Notes: a model not told the origin generated them from the sequence alone. A stretch of DNA of 64,000 bases from an uncultured Candidatus Thioglobus sp. (GCA_905620445.1 CAJQTP010000001.1:13360-77359); one strand, 5' to 3'; positions 1 to 12,376 are shown, counted from the first letter of the stretch. Numbers and translations are program-made.

Positions 1-406
1 TTGTAAAGAGGTAGCCAATTACTACGATTAGAGATATTAACCATTTATTAATTCCTCTTCTATTTAATAGCACTCCTGCAGCTATGGTTGTAGCCCCTAA
101 GGCTAAAGCAAGAAGCATCTTTATGCCGCCAGCATCTAGAGCCTCAGTTACCGGTTGCTGAGAAATCAAAACAACACTAACTCCTCCTAAGGCAGCAAAC
201 CCCATAATCCCAACATTAAATAATCCAGCATAGCCCCATTGAATATTAACGCCTAAAGCCATAATAGCTGAAATCAAAGACATATTAATAATGCCTATTA
301 CGAGTGCCCATGACTGATTCAAACCAACAAATAAAAGCACAAGGCCCATCAGGGCGAAACTAATAACTGCTCTATAAGATTGCCAAAGATTATTTAGATT
401 ATTCAT
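1..406 (-). CDS. livM: Branched-chain amino acid ABC transporter permease (LivM-type), 5' part; runs off the window start
   Basis: Not in the ORF track. Hand translation from ATG at 406 gives MNNLNNLWQSYRAVISFALMGLVLLFVGLNQSWALVIGIINMSLISAIMALGVNIQWGYAGLFNVG, with the LivM 'WGYAGLFNVG' motif; overlaps the livH stop. Confidence 0.85.
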   Translation of the reverse strand, partial: MNNLNNLWQSYRAVISFALMGLVLLFVGLNQSWALVIGIINMSLISAIMALGVNIQWGYAGLFNVGIMGFAALGGVSVVLISQQPVTEALDAGGIKMLLALALGATTIAAGVLLNRRGINKWLISLIVVIGYLFT

Positions 407-1433
407 CAACTATCACCTTGCCTTTAAATAACCCAGTAGGCTTTATTAAAAGAACAATAACCAAAATAACGAAGGATATTGCATATTTATACTCAGTACC
501 AATAAGCTGCACCAAAGAAGAAGGATGCATAGATAGTGGCAATAAGTATATTAAAAACTTTTTGTACGCATAAGTAAGGAGTATCTCAGAAAATGCAACT
601 AAGAAAGCACCTGCAATTGCTCCGATTGGAGAGCCAATGCCGCCTACAATGACTGAGGCAAAAATTGGTAAGAGCAGTAAATGATATTGTTGAGGTGCGA
701 AGCCTTTGTCTAGACCATAAAGTGCGCCAGCGATTGTAGTAAGAGCTCCAACCAATAGCCAAGTTATTTGAACCATCTTATCTGGATCAATCCCAGAAAG
801 AAGCGCTAACTCTTTGTTATCAGAATAAGCCCTCATAGCTTTACCAGTTTTAGTTTTTTGTAAAAAATAAAATACAAAAGCAACTAATAAAAAAGCAATG
901 GTAATAGTTAAAAATTGAGACGTTTTAAAAGCAATTCCTTGCTCTAGGCCGGTATATGCCTTAAATTCTCTGACAGAAAAAATAAACCTCTCGCCATCTT
1001 CAAATTTTTGCGCAGTAGCGCCTAATACGAACCTAACTATTCCCCCAGTAACAAACATAACTCCTATTGAGGACATTACGATTGTAATTGATTTTGCTTT
1101 TATTTTTCGATAGTGCCGGTAAATCAGCCTATCCATTGTAAGCAAGTACATTGAGGTAAATACTATAGCTATAGGGATGACTAGCAGAGCAGTAGGAATG
1201 CCTGAAATTGTCCACCCCCTACTAATCATAAAACCAGTGAGCAATATAACAATCATTGTCCCAAAAGCCATACTATCGCCTTGGGCAAAATTAGAAAACC
1301 TCAACACTGAATAAACTAAAGTTACAGCTAGAGCTCCCAATGCCAATTGCGAGCCATAGGACAATGCAGGAAGAATTACAAAATTAGTCAGTAAGGCAAA
1401 TGCATTAATAATATCAATTGAGTCTGACGTCAT
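399..1433 (-). CDS. livH: Branched-chain amino acid ABC transporter permease (LivH-type)
   Basis: Hydrophobic; 'LVYSVLRFSNFAQG', 'TKTGKAMRAYSDN', 'GGIGSPIGA' motifs; operon context. Confidence 0.85.
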   Translation of the reverse strand: MTSDSIDIINAFALLTNFVILPALSYGSQLALGALAVTLVYSVLRFSNFAQGDSMAFGTMIVILLTGFMISRGWTISGIPTALLVIPIAIVFTSMYLLTMDRLIYRHYRKIKAKSITIVMSSIGVMFVTGGIVRFVLGATAQKFEDGERFIFSVREFKAYTGLEQGIAFKTSQFLTITIAFLLVAFVFYFLQKTKTGKAMRAYSDNKELALLSGIDPDKMVQITWLLVGALTTIAGALYGLDKGFAPQQYHLLLLPIFASVIVGGIGSPIGAIAGAFLVAFSEILLTYAYKKFLIYLLPLSMHPSSLVQLIGTEYKYAISFVILVIVLLIKPTGLFKGKVIVDE

Positions 1434-2138
1434 CTAACCTCCTAAAAACTTTTTTCTAACTTCAGGGTTATTTATGAGCTCTTTACCAGTTCCAGTATGC
1501 TCGTTACGTCCAGAAACTAAAACGTAACCCTTATCTGCTATATTTAATGCCTGCTGAGCATTTTGCTCAACCATAAGAACAGCCATACCAGCATTCCTAA
1601 CATCTAATATGTTAGAAAAAATTTCATCCATCACTATTGGTGAAACTCCAGCAGTTGGCTCGTCTAAGAGCATAATTGAAGGTTTTGTCATCATAGCTCT
1701 TCCAAATGCAACCTGTTGTCTTTGGCCACCAGATAGTTGCTCTGCAAGTTGTTTGCGCTTGTCATAAAGTATAGGGAAAAGCGCATAGACCTCTTCGATT
1801 GTTTCATTTATGTCATCTTGCCTAATAAAACCACCCATTTGAAGATTTTCTTCAACAGTCATTGATGGAAAAACATTTTTTGTTTGAGGGACAAATGCTA
1901 ATCCATGACTAATTCTATCCTGGGTAGAAAGCATTGAAATATCTTTTCCATCTAACATGACTGAACCTGAAGTTGCCTCCAGCATTCCGAGCAACACTCT
2001 CATTACAGTAGACTTTCCAGCACCATTTGGGCCAACAATTACTGCAAGCTCACCTTTTTCAACCTCAACAGAACATTCATGTAATATTGGAACTACTCCG
2101 TAGGATGCAACTAAATTTTTACCTTCAAGATACGCCAT
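1434..2138 (-). CDS. livF: ABC transporter ATP-binding protein (LivF-type)
   Basis: Walker A GPNGAGKST, signature LSGGQRQ, LLDEP, VEQN. Confidence 0.9.
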   Translation of the reverse strand: MAYLEGKNLVASYGVVPILHECSVEVEKGELAVIVGPNGAGKSTVMRVLLGMLEATSGSVMLDGKDISMLSTQDRISHGLAFVPQTKNVFPSMTVEENLQMGGFIRQDDINETIEEVYALFPILYDKRKQLAEQLSGGQRQQVAFGRAMMTKPSIMLLDEPTAGVSPIVMDEIFSNILDVRNAGMAVLMVEQNAQQALNIADKGYVLVSGRNEHTGTGKELINNPEVRKKFLGG

Positions 2139-2914
2139 TAATTAGTAGCCTCAGTCTTAATTCCTTTACCTAAATAAGCCTCAATAACGGCATCACTGCT
2201 TTTAATCTCATCAGGGGTTCCGCTCGTTAAAATTTGACCTTCCGCTAAAACTACTACTGGATTGCAAAGCCTTGAAATAAAGTCCATATCATGCTCAATC
2301 ATACAAAACGTATAGCCTCTTTCTGAATTAAGTCTCAAGATGGCATCACCGATCTGTCTAAGTAATGTTCGATTAACTCCTGCTCCAACTTCATCCAAAA
2401 GAACTACTTTAGCATCAACCATCATCGTGCGAGCTAGCTCTAATAATTTTTTCTGGCCACCAGACAAATTTCCCGCTCTTTCATTTTTAAGATGACTTAT
2501 GCTGAGAAAATCAATAACTTCTTCTGCCTTAGCTTGAAGGGTCTTCTCTTCCTCTTGAATCTGTTTACGCTTCAACCAAGTATTCATTAAGCTTTCGCCC
2601 AACTGATTTGCAGGAACCATCATTAAATTCTCCAAGACACTTAGTGTTGGAAACTCATGTGCAATTTGAAAGGTTCTTAACAATCCTTTATGAAAAAGTT
2701 GATGCGATGTTAAGTCTGTTACGTCCTCACCATCAAGAATTATTTCGCCCTCTGTAGGCTGATAAAGACCAGCAATCAAGTTAAACATTGTGGTTTTTCC
2801 AGCGCCGTTAGGACCCACTAAGCCAGTTATTGAGCCTCGTTCAATATGCAAATCAACACCATCAACCGCCTTGATTCCGCCAAAATGTTTTGATAAATTT
2901 TTAACTGTTATCAT
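2138..2914 (-). CDS. livG: ABC transporter ATP-binding protein (LivG-type)
   Basis: GPNGAGKTT, RTFQ, LSGGQKK, IEHDM, C-terminal 'VIEAYLG'. Confidence 0.9.
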   Translation of the reverse strand: MITVKNLSKHFGGIKAVDGVDLHIERGSITGLVGPNGAGKTTMFNLIAGLYQPTEGEIILDGEDVTDLTSHQLFHKGLLRTFQIAHEFPTLSVLENLMMVPANQLGESLMNTWLKRKQIQEEEKTLQAKAEEVIDFLSISHLKNERAGNLSGGQKKLLELARTMMVDAKVVLLDEVGAGVNRTLLRQIGDAILRLNSERGYTFCMIEHDMDFISRLCNPVVVLAEGQILTSGTPDEIKSSDAVIEAYLGKGIKTEATN

Positions 2915-2991
2915 TCTTTATGTCTTTGATTGAACTACTATTGTCAAAAAATGTTGAATTATCCAGCAAAAAACACCTCTCTGGAGATCAT

Positions 2992-3291
2992 TTAAGGCAA
3001 AACTTTATTGAAAGTTTTAACAACAACACTTGAATAAACGCCAGCAGCAACATAAGGATCCGCGTCAGCCCAAGAGCGTGCTTCTTTAAGATTTTCAAAC
3101 TCGGCAACTATAAGAGATCCCGTAAAGCCAGCTTCACCCGGGTCTACTGAGTCGATAGCAGGATGAGGTCCTGCCAAAATAAGGCGACCTTCAACCTTTA
3201 ATTGATTTAACCTGGCAACATGATCAGGTCTTGCAACAATTCGTTTTGCGAGACTATTCTCTACATCTTGAGAAATAATAGCGTACAACAT
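2992..3291 (-). CDS. yciI: YciI family protein
   Basis: 'RPDHVARL', 'LAGP', '[10 protein letters not shown]' motifs. Confidence 0.9.
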   Translation of the reverse strand: MLYAIISQDVENSLAKRIVARPDHVARLNQLKVEGRLILAGPHPAIDSVDPGEAGFTGSLIVAEFENLKEARSWADADPYVAAGVYSSVVVKTFNKVLP

Positions 3292-3300
3292 TAAATGCTC

Positions 3301-4873
<1,573 letters not shown>

Positions 4874-4941
4874 TCATTACTTAAATATATACGTAAATTA
4901 TATTCGTTTAAAATAAGCATTGTTATAAATTCATTAAAACC

Positions 4942-5742
4942 ATGGCACAAAAAACACCCAACATTCTCAAAAAAATTGTTGCTCGAAAACAAGAAGAAAT
5001 AGCAGAGTCAATAAAGCGACTTCCAATTGAAAAAATGATTGAGCTAGCAAATAATGCAGATACTCCTCGAGGCTTCTATAATTCATTAAACAAAAAAGCA
5101 AAAGAACGCCAAAGTGGGATCATTGCTGAAATTAAAAAAGCCTCCCCTAGTAAGGGCATTTTAAGAGAAAATTTTGAGCCTGTCGAAATTGCAAAAAGCT
5201 ATGAAGATGGAGGCGCAAGCTGCCTATCAATATTAACGGATCGTGATTTTTTTCAAGGCGACCCTTTATATTTGATAAAAGCTCGAGCCGCGGTTTCAAT
5301 ACCGGTTATCCGTAAAGACTTTATCATTCAGCCATACCAAGTCTATGAATCAAGGGCAATGGGGGCAGATTGTATTTTACTAATTGCGTCTTGCCTTAAC
5401 GATGAAGAAATGAAGCATTTAAGGGACCTAGCACTATCTCTTAATATGGATGTATTAGTTGAAGCTCATGATCTAAATGAACTTCGCCGCGCTCTCAAGC
5501 TAGATTTACCAATGATTGGAATTAACAATAGAAATCTTCGAAACTTTGAAGTCAGTCTTGAAACAACCATTGACTTGCTTAGTGAAATTAGCGATGATAA
5601 ACTTGTTGTAACTGAATCTGGCATTACCTCTAGGGCTGATGTTGAATTAATGCATGAAAATAATGTGTTTGGTTTTTTGATTGGTGAGGCGTTTATGAGA
5701 CATTCAAACCCTGGCCAAAAACTTAAGGAGTTTTTCGAATGA
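4942..5742 (+). CDS. trpC: Indole-3-glycerol phosphate synthase
   Basis: 'IAEIKKASPSKG', 'RKDF', 'GINNRNL', 'ESGI'. Confidence 0.97.
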   Translation: MAQKTPNILKKIVARKQEEIAESIKRLPIEKMIELANNADTPRGFYNSLNKKAKERQSGIIAEIKKASPSKGILRENFEPVEIAKSYEDGGASCLSILTDRDFFQGDPLYLIKARAAVSIPVIRKDFIIQPYQVYESRAMGADCILLIASCLNDEEMKHLRDLALSLNMDVLVEAHDLNELRRALKLDLPMIGINNRNLRNFEVSLETTIDLLSEISDDKLVVTESGITSRADVELMHENNVFGFLIGEAFMRHSNPGQKLKEFFE

Positions 5743-6152
5743 ATCTTTCTGTGAATTGGGTTGATGGCATGTTAATGGTTGGAAAATCTCATAGTGGGCA
5801 CTCTATCACGATGGATGGTCCAACAGAAATTGGTGGTGAAAATCTAGGTGTTAGGCCAATGGAAATGCTTTTACTTGGAGTGGCAGGCTGCACAATGATT
5901 GATGTCGTTACAACACTTAAAAAAATGCGTCAAAACCTAACCCATTGTGAAACCAAAATTAGCGCTGAAAGAGCAGATGAACATCCAAAAGTTTTTACTG
6001 ATATTCATATTCATTTTATTGTTCAAGGCAAAGATTTAGATTCAAAAAAAGTTGATAAAGCAATCACACTTTCAGCTGAAAAATATTGCTCAGCATCAAT
6101 CATGCTAGGCAAAACTGCAAACATTACGCATGACTTTGAAGTCATTGAATAA
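5739..6152 (+). CDS. OsmC/YhfA family protein
   Basis: 'RPMEMLLLGVAGCT' and 'EKYCSAS', two conserved Cys. Confidence 0.9.
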   Translation: MNLSVNWVDGMLMVGKSHSGHSITMDGPTEIGGENLGVRPMEMLLLGVAGCTMIDVVTTLKKMRQNLTHCETKISAERADEHPKVFTDIHIHFIVQGKDLDSKKVDKAITLSAEKYCSASIMLGKTANITHDFEVIE

Positions 6153-6218
6153 TATTATATTAATCGGTTATTACTAAAATACTCATTTCAAATAATTCCA
6201 GTATAATATGCCTTCTTC

Positions 6219-6310
6219 GGAGAGATGGCCGAGTGGCTGAAGGCGCTCCCCTGCTAAGGGAGTATAGGCTTTAACTCCTATCGAGGGTTCGAATCCCTCT
6301 CTCTCCGCCA
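6219..6310 (+). tRNA. tRNA-Ser(GCT)
   Basis: GGAGAGA/TCTCTCC acceptor stem, anticodon arm CTCCC-CTGCTAA-GGGAG, long variable arm, GGTTCGAATCC T-loop, encoded CCA; TATAAT at 6202-6207 upstream. Confidence 0.97.
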
Positions 6311-6322
6311 AATTGGATTTAT

Positions 6323-7747
6323 ATGAATAAACCTATAGCTATCCATTGGTTTCGACAAGATCTGAGGTTATCTGATAACCCTGCATTTTATGAAGCATCA
6401 AAGGAAAGTGCAGTACTTCCTGTTTACATTTTAGATGATGTTAATTCTGCTGAATTTAAAATGGGTGGAGCAAGTCGCTTTTGGCTTAATCACTCTTTAA
6501 CCTCTCTAAAAAATAGTCTAGACCAAAATCTATCAATCTACCATGGAGATCCTCTTGAAATTTTGCTTGATCTTTTGGGTCGTTTTAATATCAAAGATGT
6601 TTACTGGAATCGCTGTTATGAGCCATGGCGAATCAAGCGTGACACTCATATTAAAGAAGAGTTAATAAAACTAGGTGTATCAGTTCATACTTACAATGGT
6701 TCTTTGCTTTGGGAACCTTGGACTATAAAAAAAGCAGATGGTACGCCGTATAAAGTTTTTACACCGTTCTACCGCAGAGGTTGTCTGCAATCTAAAGAGC
6801 CTCGTGATCCACTTCCCAATCCTAATAATACTGATCTTTTAAGAGATACAAATAATTCATTGGCAGTCGATGATCTATCATTGTTGCCGTCTATTAATTG
6901 GGATATTGAAATGAAGCCTTACTGGAATATCGGTGAAGATGGCGCACATCAACGTTTAGAGGAGTTTCTTAAAAATGGAATTGAAAATTATAAAGAAGGT
7001 CGCAATGAGCCTTCTAAGCCATTTGTCTCAAGACTATCGCCACACCTTCATTTTGGAGAGATTTCACCCAACCAAGCTTGGTATGCTGCAATGCATAAAA
7101 GTGAAGATATAAATGTTGATACGTTTTGCAGTGAGCTCGGTTGGCGTGAATTTTCATACTCTCAGCTCTACTTCAATCCCGAACTTCCAAAAAAAAATCT
7201 TCAATCAAAGTTTGATCTATTCCCATGGGATAAGGATGAAAAAAAAATAAGCGCTTGGCAGAAAGGTCAAACTGGCATACCAATGGTTGATGCTGGCATG
7301 AGAGAATTATGGCTCACTGGATCTATGCATAACCGAGTTCGCATGGTTGTTGGTTCATTCTTAGTTAAAAACTTGCTTCTTCACTGGCATCATGGAGAGC
7401 GATGGTTTTGGGACTGTCTTGTTGATGCAGATTTAGCTAGTAACAGTGCTAGTTGGCAATGGATTGCTGGATGTGGCGCAGATGCAGCCCCTTATTTTAG
7501 AATCTTTAACCCTATAACTCAGGGGCAAAGATTTGATTCTGATGGGGACTATATACGAACTTACATTCCTGAACTCAAATCGCTACCAAATAAGTACTTG
7601 TTTAATCCCTGGGAGGCGCCTCAAGAAGAGTTAGATAAGGCTAATATAGTCATTGGAGAAGATTACCCTAGGCCAATTATTGATCTAAAACTATCTCGTC
7701 AAAATGCGCTTGATGCATTTAAAACTTTAAAAAAACGAGACTCATAA
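6323..7747 (+). CDS. phrB: Deoxyribodipyrimidine photolyase (CPD photolyase/cryptochrome family)
   Basis: 'WFRQDLRLSDNPA', 'SRLSPHLHFGEISP', 'WREF', 'MHNRVRM', 'DADLASN', 'RIFNP'. Confidence 0.9.
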   Translation: MNKPIAIHWFRQDLRLSDNPAFYEASKESAVLPVYILDDVNSAEFKMGGASRFWLNHSLTSLKNSLDQNLSIYHGDPLEILLDLLGRFNIKDVYWNRCYEPWRIKRDTHIKEELIKLGVSVHTYNGSLLWEPWTIKKADGTPYKVFTPFYRRGCLQSKEPRDPLPNPNNTDLLRDTNNSLAVDDLSLLPSINWDIEMKPYWNIGEDGAHQRLEEFLKNGIENYKEGRNEPSKPFVSRLSPHLHFGEISPNQAWYAAMHKSEDINVDTFCSELGWREFSYSQLYFNPELPKKNLQSKFDLFPWDKDEKKISAWQKGQTGIPMVDAGMRELWLTGSMHNRVRMVVGSFLVKNLLLHWHHGERWFWDCLVDADLASNSASWQWIAGCGADAAPYFRIFNPITQGQRFDSDGDYIRTYIPELKSLPNKYLFNPWEAPQEELDKANIVIGEDYPRPIIDLKLSRQNALDAFKTLKKRDS

Positions 7748-7770
7748 TTAACAGCCCTATTCAACTCAGG

Positions 7771-8679
7771 CTAATTTAATAAATCATCTATAGATTCGCT
7801 CCAAGAAGAGTCACTATGTTTTTCCCAGTATGTCTTATAAAGTTTCCTTGTTATTTCACCAGGTTTGCCCTGCTCTATTGATTGTCCATTTATTCTTGTA
7901 ATAGGCATTATTCCCCCAGCAGTTGAAGTTGCAAAGACCTCATTAGAGTTTTTTAGTTTTTCTAGTGATATTGAATTTAGTTGAAATGGCACGTTTAATT
8001 CTTTTGCTAAATCGAGAACTGTTTGTCTAGTAATTCCCTCTAAAACACCTTTATTTGGTGAATATAGAGTACCCTCATCAACGCAGAAAATATTAAACCC
8101 TGGCCCTTCTGAAATATTACCTTCTTCATCAGTTAGAATCACCGTGTCATGTCCATAGTCATAGGCTTCATACATTCCACTAACTAGGTCCAACCAATGA
8201 TAGTTTTTAATCCTTGAATCAATAGAGTCGGGTGATATTCGCCTTCGATTACTTACTAAAACATCCAAGCCTTTTTCAAACTCTTCAGGCTTTAGAATCC
8301 AACCAAATGGAACTGCAAATGCAATAAATCGAGGTTTTGATTTTCGAGGGTCTCTTTCAAAATTAGGGGACATCCCTCTAGTTTGAATCATCTCAACGTA
8401 AGCATTATCTAATCCAGAACGATCGACGCAACCAGCAAGTATTTTTTTAAGTTCATTTCTACTTAATTCACAAGGCATTCTTAATTTTTCTGTGGATTCA
8501 AAAAATCGATCTATGTGCTTATCGAGTCGAAAAAAATGCCTCTTCCAAACGTGAACAACATCATAAGTTGCATCAGATCTTAAAAACCCCCAATCTAAAA
8601 CTGGTATCTTGGCTTCCGATAGCTGAATGAATCCACTGTCCATCCATGCTGCTCCCTTTGGAAATATATCTTCTTTCAA
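7771..8679 (-). CDS. Fold-type IV PLP aminotransferase, (R)-amine transaminase-like
   Basis: 'GFLRSDATYDVVHVW', 'AYVEMIQTRG', 'IKNYHWLD', 'EGPGFN', 'LEGITR', 'STAGG'. Confidence 0.85.
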   Translation of the reverse strand: MKEDIFPKGAAWMDSGFIQLSEAKIPVLDWGFLRSDATYDVVHVWKRHFFRLDKHIDRFFESTEKLRMPCELSRNELKKILAGCVDRSGLDNAYVEMIQTRGMSPNFERDPRKSKPRFIAFAVPFGWILKPEEFEKGLDVLVSNRRRISPDSIDSRIKNYHWLDLVSGMYEAYDYGHDTVILTDEEGNISEGPGFNIFCVDEGTLYSPNKGVLEGITRQTVLDLAKELNVPFQLNSISLEKLKNSNEVFATSTAGGIMPITRINGQSIEQGKPGEITRKLYKTYWEKHSDSSWSESIDDLLN

Positions 8680-8685
8680 GCTTAT

Positions 8686-9315
8686 TTACTTGGTTCCAAA
8701 AATCTTATCACCAGCATCGCCCAGGCCCGGAAGAATATAGCCTTGCTCATTTAAACAGTCGTCTATTGCAGCTATAAAAAGATCCACATCAGGATGCAGC
8801 TTTGTTACCCTTTCCAATCCCTCAGGAGAGGCAACTAGAAATAAGCCAATAATTTTTTTACATCCTTTTTGTTTTAGTAGATCGATTGTAGCAAGAAGCG
8901 TTCCTCCAGTTGCCAACATAGGGTCAATAATTAAAGCAGTTCTTTGATCAATATCTGTAATAACTTTATCAAAGTATGCAACTGGATTTAAAGTCTCCTC
9001 ATCCCTATAAAGACCAACTACACTTACTTTGGCATTGGGTACCAGCGTCAAAACTCCATCAAGCATTCCCAGGCCTGCGCGTAATATAGGCACAATCGAA
9101 AGTTTTTTTCCAGACAACATTTGAGTGTTTATTGGCACACCTTGCCAGCCATTAATTTCTCGGTCTTCAAGTGGTAAATCTCGAGTAGCTTCATATGTCA
9201 ACAGACTTGCAACCTCATTAGCTAGCTCACGAAATTGTTTTGTGCTGATTCCATGCTGCCTAAGTAAAGCTAGCTTATGGGCTAAGAGAGGGTGTTTTAT
9301 TGCATTTAGAGGCAT
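8686..9315 (-). CDS. upp: Uracil phosphoribosyltransferase
   Basis: 'PILRAG', 'DPMLATGG', '[11 protein letters not shown]'. Confidence 0.97.
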   Translation of the reverse strand: MPLNAIKHPLLAHKLALLRQHGISTKQFRELANEVASLLTYEATRDLPLEDREINGWQGVPINTQMLSGKKLSIVPILRAGLGMLDGVLTLVPNAKVSVVGLYRDEETLNPVAYFDKVITDIDQRTALIIDPMLATGGTLLATIDLLKQKGCKKIIGLFLVASPEGLERVTKLHPDVDLFIAAIDDCLNEQGYILPGLGDAGDKIFGTK

Positions 9316-9447
9316 TGTAGTTCCTTCAAAAAAAATCTGATAATAAACTAATTTTACATGTTAATACGATTTGTAATATTTTTCTAAAATCACATAAAAA
9401 ATAACAAGTATTATTATCACTTCAATAAATAAAAATAGAAGGTTTAG

Positions 9448-10389
9448 ATGAAATTTGGAATTTTAGGTGAAGCCAAAATTGCTCGTGAACATGTTGTGCC
9501 AGCAATACTAGCTGCAGGTCATGAAGTCACCCATGTCGGAAAAAGAAGCCCTGGTCAAAATCCTTTGCCAAGTGTTTACAAGGATGCAATTGAAACGGAC
9601 TATGAGAGCCTTCTATCAGATCCATCGATCGATGCGATTTATATCCCACTTCCAAATCATCTTCATGTGCCCTACTCGATCAAAGCACTTGAGTTTGGAA
9701 AGCATGTTCTTTGTGAAAAACCTGTCGCACTTAACTTAGATGAATTAATGAAGCTAGAGCTTGCGGCGAAAGAAAGTGGAGCATTTTTCTATGAAGCCTA
9801 TATGGTTAGAAGCCATCCACAATGGGATTGGCTTAATAAGCTTGATATTGGAAAATACCAGTCTTCTCATTTTGTTTTTAGCTATCCTGAACAGCCTGAA
9901 GGTAACATTCGTAATCGTAAAGTTGATGGTGGTGGCCCTTTATATGACATTGGTTGTTACGCTATATTGTCAGGCTGTTTACTTTTTAAAGGTGATCCTG
10001 AAGTCCTCTCAGCGGTTGCAATAATGAGTGACAATCATGACATAGAAAAGCAAGTTGATGCAACAATTAAATGGCCAAATGGTGAAACTCTAAGCCTTAC
10101 TGTGTCCTGTAGTGCTGCGCTTTGTCAGGCCTTGACAGTGTTAGGTTCAAATGGCTGGGCAAAACTTAATGTGCCGGTTAACCCCCCTGAAGTAACCCAT
10201 GCCTATTGGTCTAATGGAGGGCTACAGGAAGGCAATAAAGTCAGCTTTCCACCTTGCAACCAATACAAACTAATGGTCGATGACTTTGTAGCTCATACAA
10301 GATCAGGATTAAAGCCTGACTTCTCAATTTCAAGAATTATCACTAAAACTATAAATGAAATTCAGCGTAAGGCTGGATTAAGTATATAA
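9448..10389 (+). CDS. Gfo/Idh/MocA family oxidoreductase
   Basis: 'YIPLPNHLH', 'HVLCEKP', 'GGGPLYDIGCY'. Confidence 0.9.
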   Translation: MKFGILGEAKIAREHVVPAILAAGHEVTHVGKRSPGQNPLPSVYKDAIETDYESLLSDPSIDAIYIPLPNHLHVPYSIKALEFGKHVLCEKPVALNLDELMKLELAAKESGAFFYEAYMVRSHPQWDWLNKLDIGKYQSSHFVFSYPEQPEGNIRNRKVDGGGPLYDIGCYAILSGCLLFKGDPEVLSAVAIMSDNHDIEKQVDATIKWPNGETLSLTVSCSAALCQALTVLGSNGWAKLNVPVNPPEVTHAYWSNGGLQEGNKVSFPPCNQYKLMVDDFVAHTRSGLKPDFSISRIITKTINEIQRKAGLSI

Positions 10390-10465
10390 ATAACTCATCT
10401 AAAATTGAAAATAATACCAAGCGATTGATCAATACTTTTAGTATCTCATGGTATCTTATAGCGCT

Positions 10466-11248
10466 ATGAATCATGACGCCCCATTTACAATTGCTGGTAG
10501 AACTTTTAGCTCTAGATTACTCGTTGGCTCTGGAAAATATAAAGATCTTGAGGAAACTAAATTAGCCACTGAAGAATCTGGCTCTGAGATCATCACTGTA
10601 GCAATTCGCCGTGTAAATATTGGCCAAAATCCAAACGAAGAAAGTCTTCTTGATGTTATATCACCTAAAAAATATACTATCCTTCCAAACACTGCAGGCT
10701 GTTACAACGCAAAAGATGCAGTTAGGACTCTACTTCTAGCGAGAGAGCTATTGGATGGGCATAACTTAGTTAAATTAGAGGTATTAGGTGATGAAAAAAC
10801 ACTTTACCCTAACATTATAGAAACTCTTGAAGCATCTAAAATACTAATAAAAGAAGGTTTTGATGTAATGGTTTATACTTCGGATGACCCTATAGTTGCT
10901 AAAGAGCTTGAAGCAATTGGTTGCTGTGCAATTATGCCTTTAGCTTCCCTTATTGGATCAGGTCAGGGCATTGCAAATCCTTTTAATATTAAGTTAATTA
11001 AAGATCAGGCCAATGTTCCTGTCTTAGTTGATGCTGGAATTGGTTGTGCAAGTGATGCTGTAGAAGCTATGGAGCTTGGATGTGATGGCGTTTTAATGAA
11101 CTCGGCTATTGCAAATGCAAGCAATCCAATTCTTATGGCTAGTGCAATGAAGCACGCTATTATTGCTGGAAGAGAATCCTATCTAGCAGGAAGAATGATG
11201 AAAAAATCTTATGCTAGCGCGTCATCACCTATGGAAAATTTAATATAG
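10466..11248 (+). CDS. thiG: Thiazole synthase; start probably the ATG at 10466 (track start 10448)
   Basis: '[10 protein letters not shown]', 'LPNTAGC', 'VKLEV', 'MPL', 'DAGIG'. Confidence 0.95.
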   Translation: MNHDAPFTIAGRTFSSRLLVGSGKYKDLEETKLATEESGSEIITVAIRRVNIGQNPNEESLLDVISPKKYTILPNTAGCYNAKDAVRTLLLARELLDGHNLVKLEVLGDEKTLYPNIIETLEASKILIKEGFDVMVYTSDDPIVAKELEAIGCCAIMPLASLIGSGQGIANPFNIKLIKDQANVPVLVDAGIGCASDAVEAMELGCDGVLMNSAIANASNPILMASAMKHAIIAGRESYLAGRMMKKSYASASSPMENLI

Positions 11249-11266
11249 CATTTAATTTATATTATT

Positions 11267-12376
11267 ATGAACCTCTCAAAGCAATTAAGTGATCTCAAAG
11301 AAAATCACTTGTTACGCTCTCGAAGAGTTGCAAGCAGTGCACAAGGCACTGAAATGAACATAGATGGGGAAAAAATATTAAATTTTTGCTCTAATGACTA
11401 TTTATCTTTAGCCAATCACCCAAAAATTAAAGAGGCTCTAATATCTGGAGCAGAAAAGTACGGAGTGGGATCGGGCGCCTCTCACTTAGTTAGTGGCCAC
11501 TCAGAGTCCCATAAAAAACTTGAAGAGGCATTAGCTGAATACACTGGTCAGCAAAATGCACTACTCTTTTCATCAGGATATAGTGCAAATCTTGGAATTT
11601 TTTCCGCACTAAGAGATGAAATCAAATGGTCGCTTCAAGATAAATTTAATCACGCATCACTAATTGATGGAAATAGACTGATCGGGCTTCCAATTCAAAG
11701 GTATCTCCATAATAATCTTGACTCACTCCAAAAGAAATTAAAAAAACAAACTGGCCCTGGTTTAGTTTTAACTGATAACGTTTTTAGCATGGATGGAGAT
11801 AAAGCAAATATTTCAGCAATTGATAAAATTTTAAGTCAAACTGATTCCATCTTAATGCAAGATGATGCCCATGGATTTGGTATTTTTGATCCTACAATCC
11901 CACAAGACTCTATCTACATGGCGACTTTAGGAAAAGCTGCTGGAGTTATGGGTGCTTTTGTTGCTGGAGACAATGATTTTATAGAATTTTTAATTCAAAA
12001 ATCAAGACCATATATTTATACCACTGCAATCGCCCCTAGTATGTGTGAAGCCATTTTGATGAGTTTAGAATTAATCAAAGAAGGCAGCCAAAAAGAAAAA
12101 CTATTAAATAATATTAATTACTTTAAGAATATTTCTAAGCAGCTAGGCCTTCAATTTGAAGAGTCAAATAGCGCAATTCAACCACTTCTTATAGGCTCGA
12201 GCAATAAAGCTCTTCAGATAAGCAATAAGCTATTTGAAGAAGGCTTCTTCGTTAGTGCCATTCGACCTCCTACCGTCCCCCCAAAAACAGCTAGACTTCG
12301 ATTTACATTATCTGCGAATCATAATGTACACCAAATCGAAACACTTCTAGAGAAGGTTAAAAATGTTATGGCATAG
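11267..12376 (+). CDS. bioF: 8-amino-7-oxononanoate synthase
   Basis: 'FCSNDYL', 'GSGASHLVSG', 'NHASLIDG', 'DDAHG', 'TLGKA', 'IRPPTVP'. Confidence 0.95.
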   Translation: MNLSKQLSDLKENHLLRSRRVASSAQGTEMNIDGEKILNFCSNDYLSLANHPKIKEALISGAEKYGVGSGASHLVSGHSESHKKLEEALAEYTGQQNALLFSSGYSANLGIFSALRDEIKWSLQDKFNHASLIDGNRLIGLPIQRYLHNNLDSLQKKLKKQTGPGLVLTDNVFSMDGDKANISAIDKILSQTDSILMQDDAHGFGIFDPTIPQDSIYMATLGKAAGVMGAFVAGDNDFIEFLIQKSRPYIYTTAIAPSMCEAILMSLELIKEGSQKEKLLNNINYFKNISKQLGLQFEESNSAIQPLLIGSSNKALQISNKLFEEGFFVSAIRPPTVPPKTARLRFTLSANHNVHQIETLLEKVKNVMA

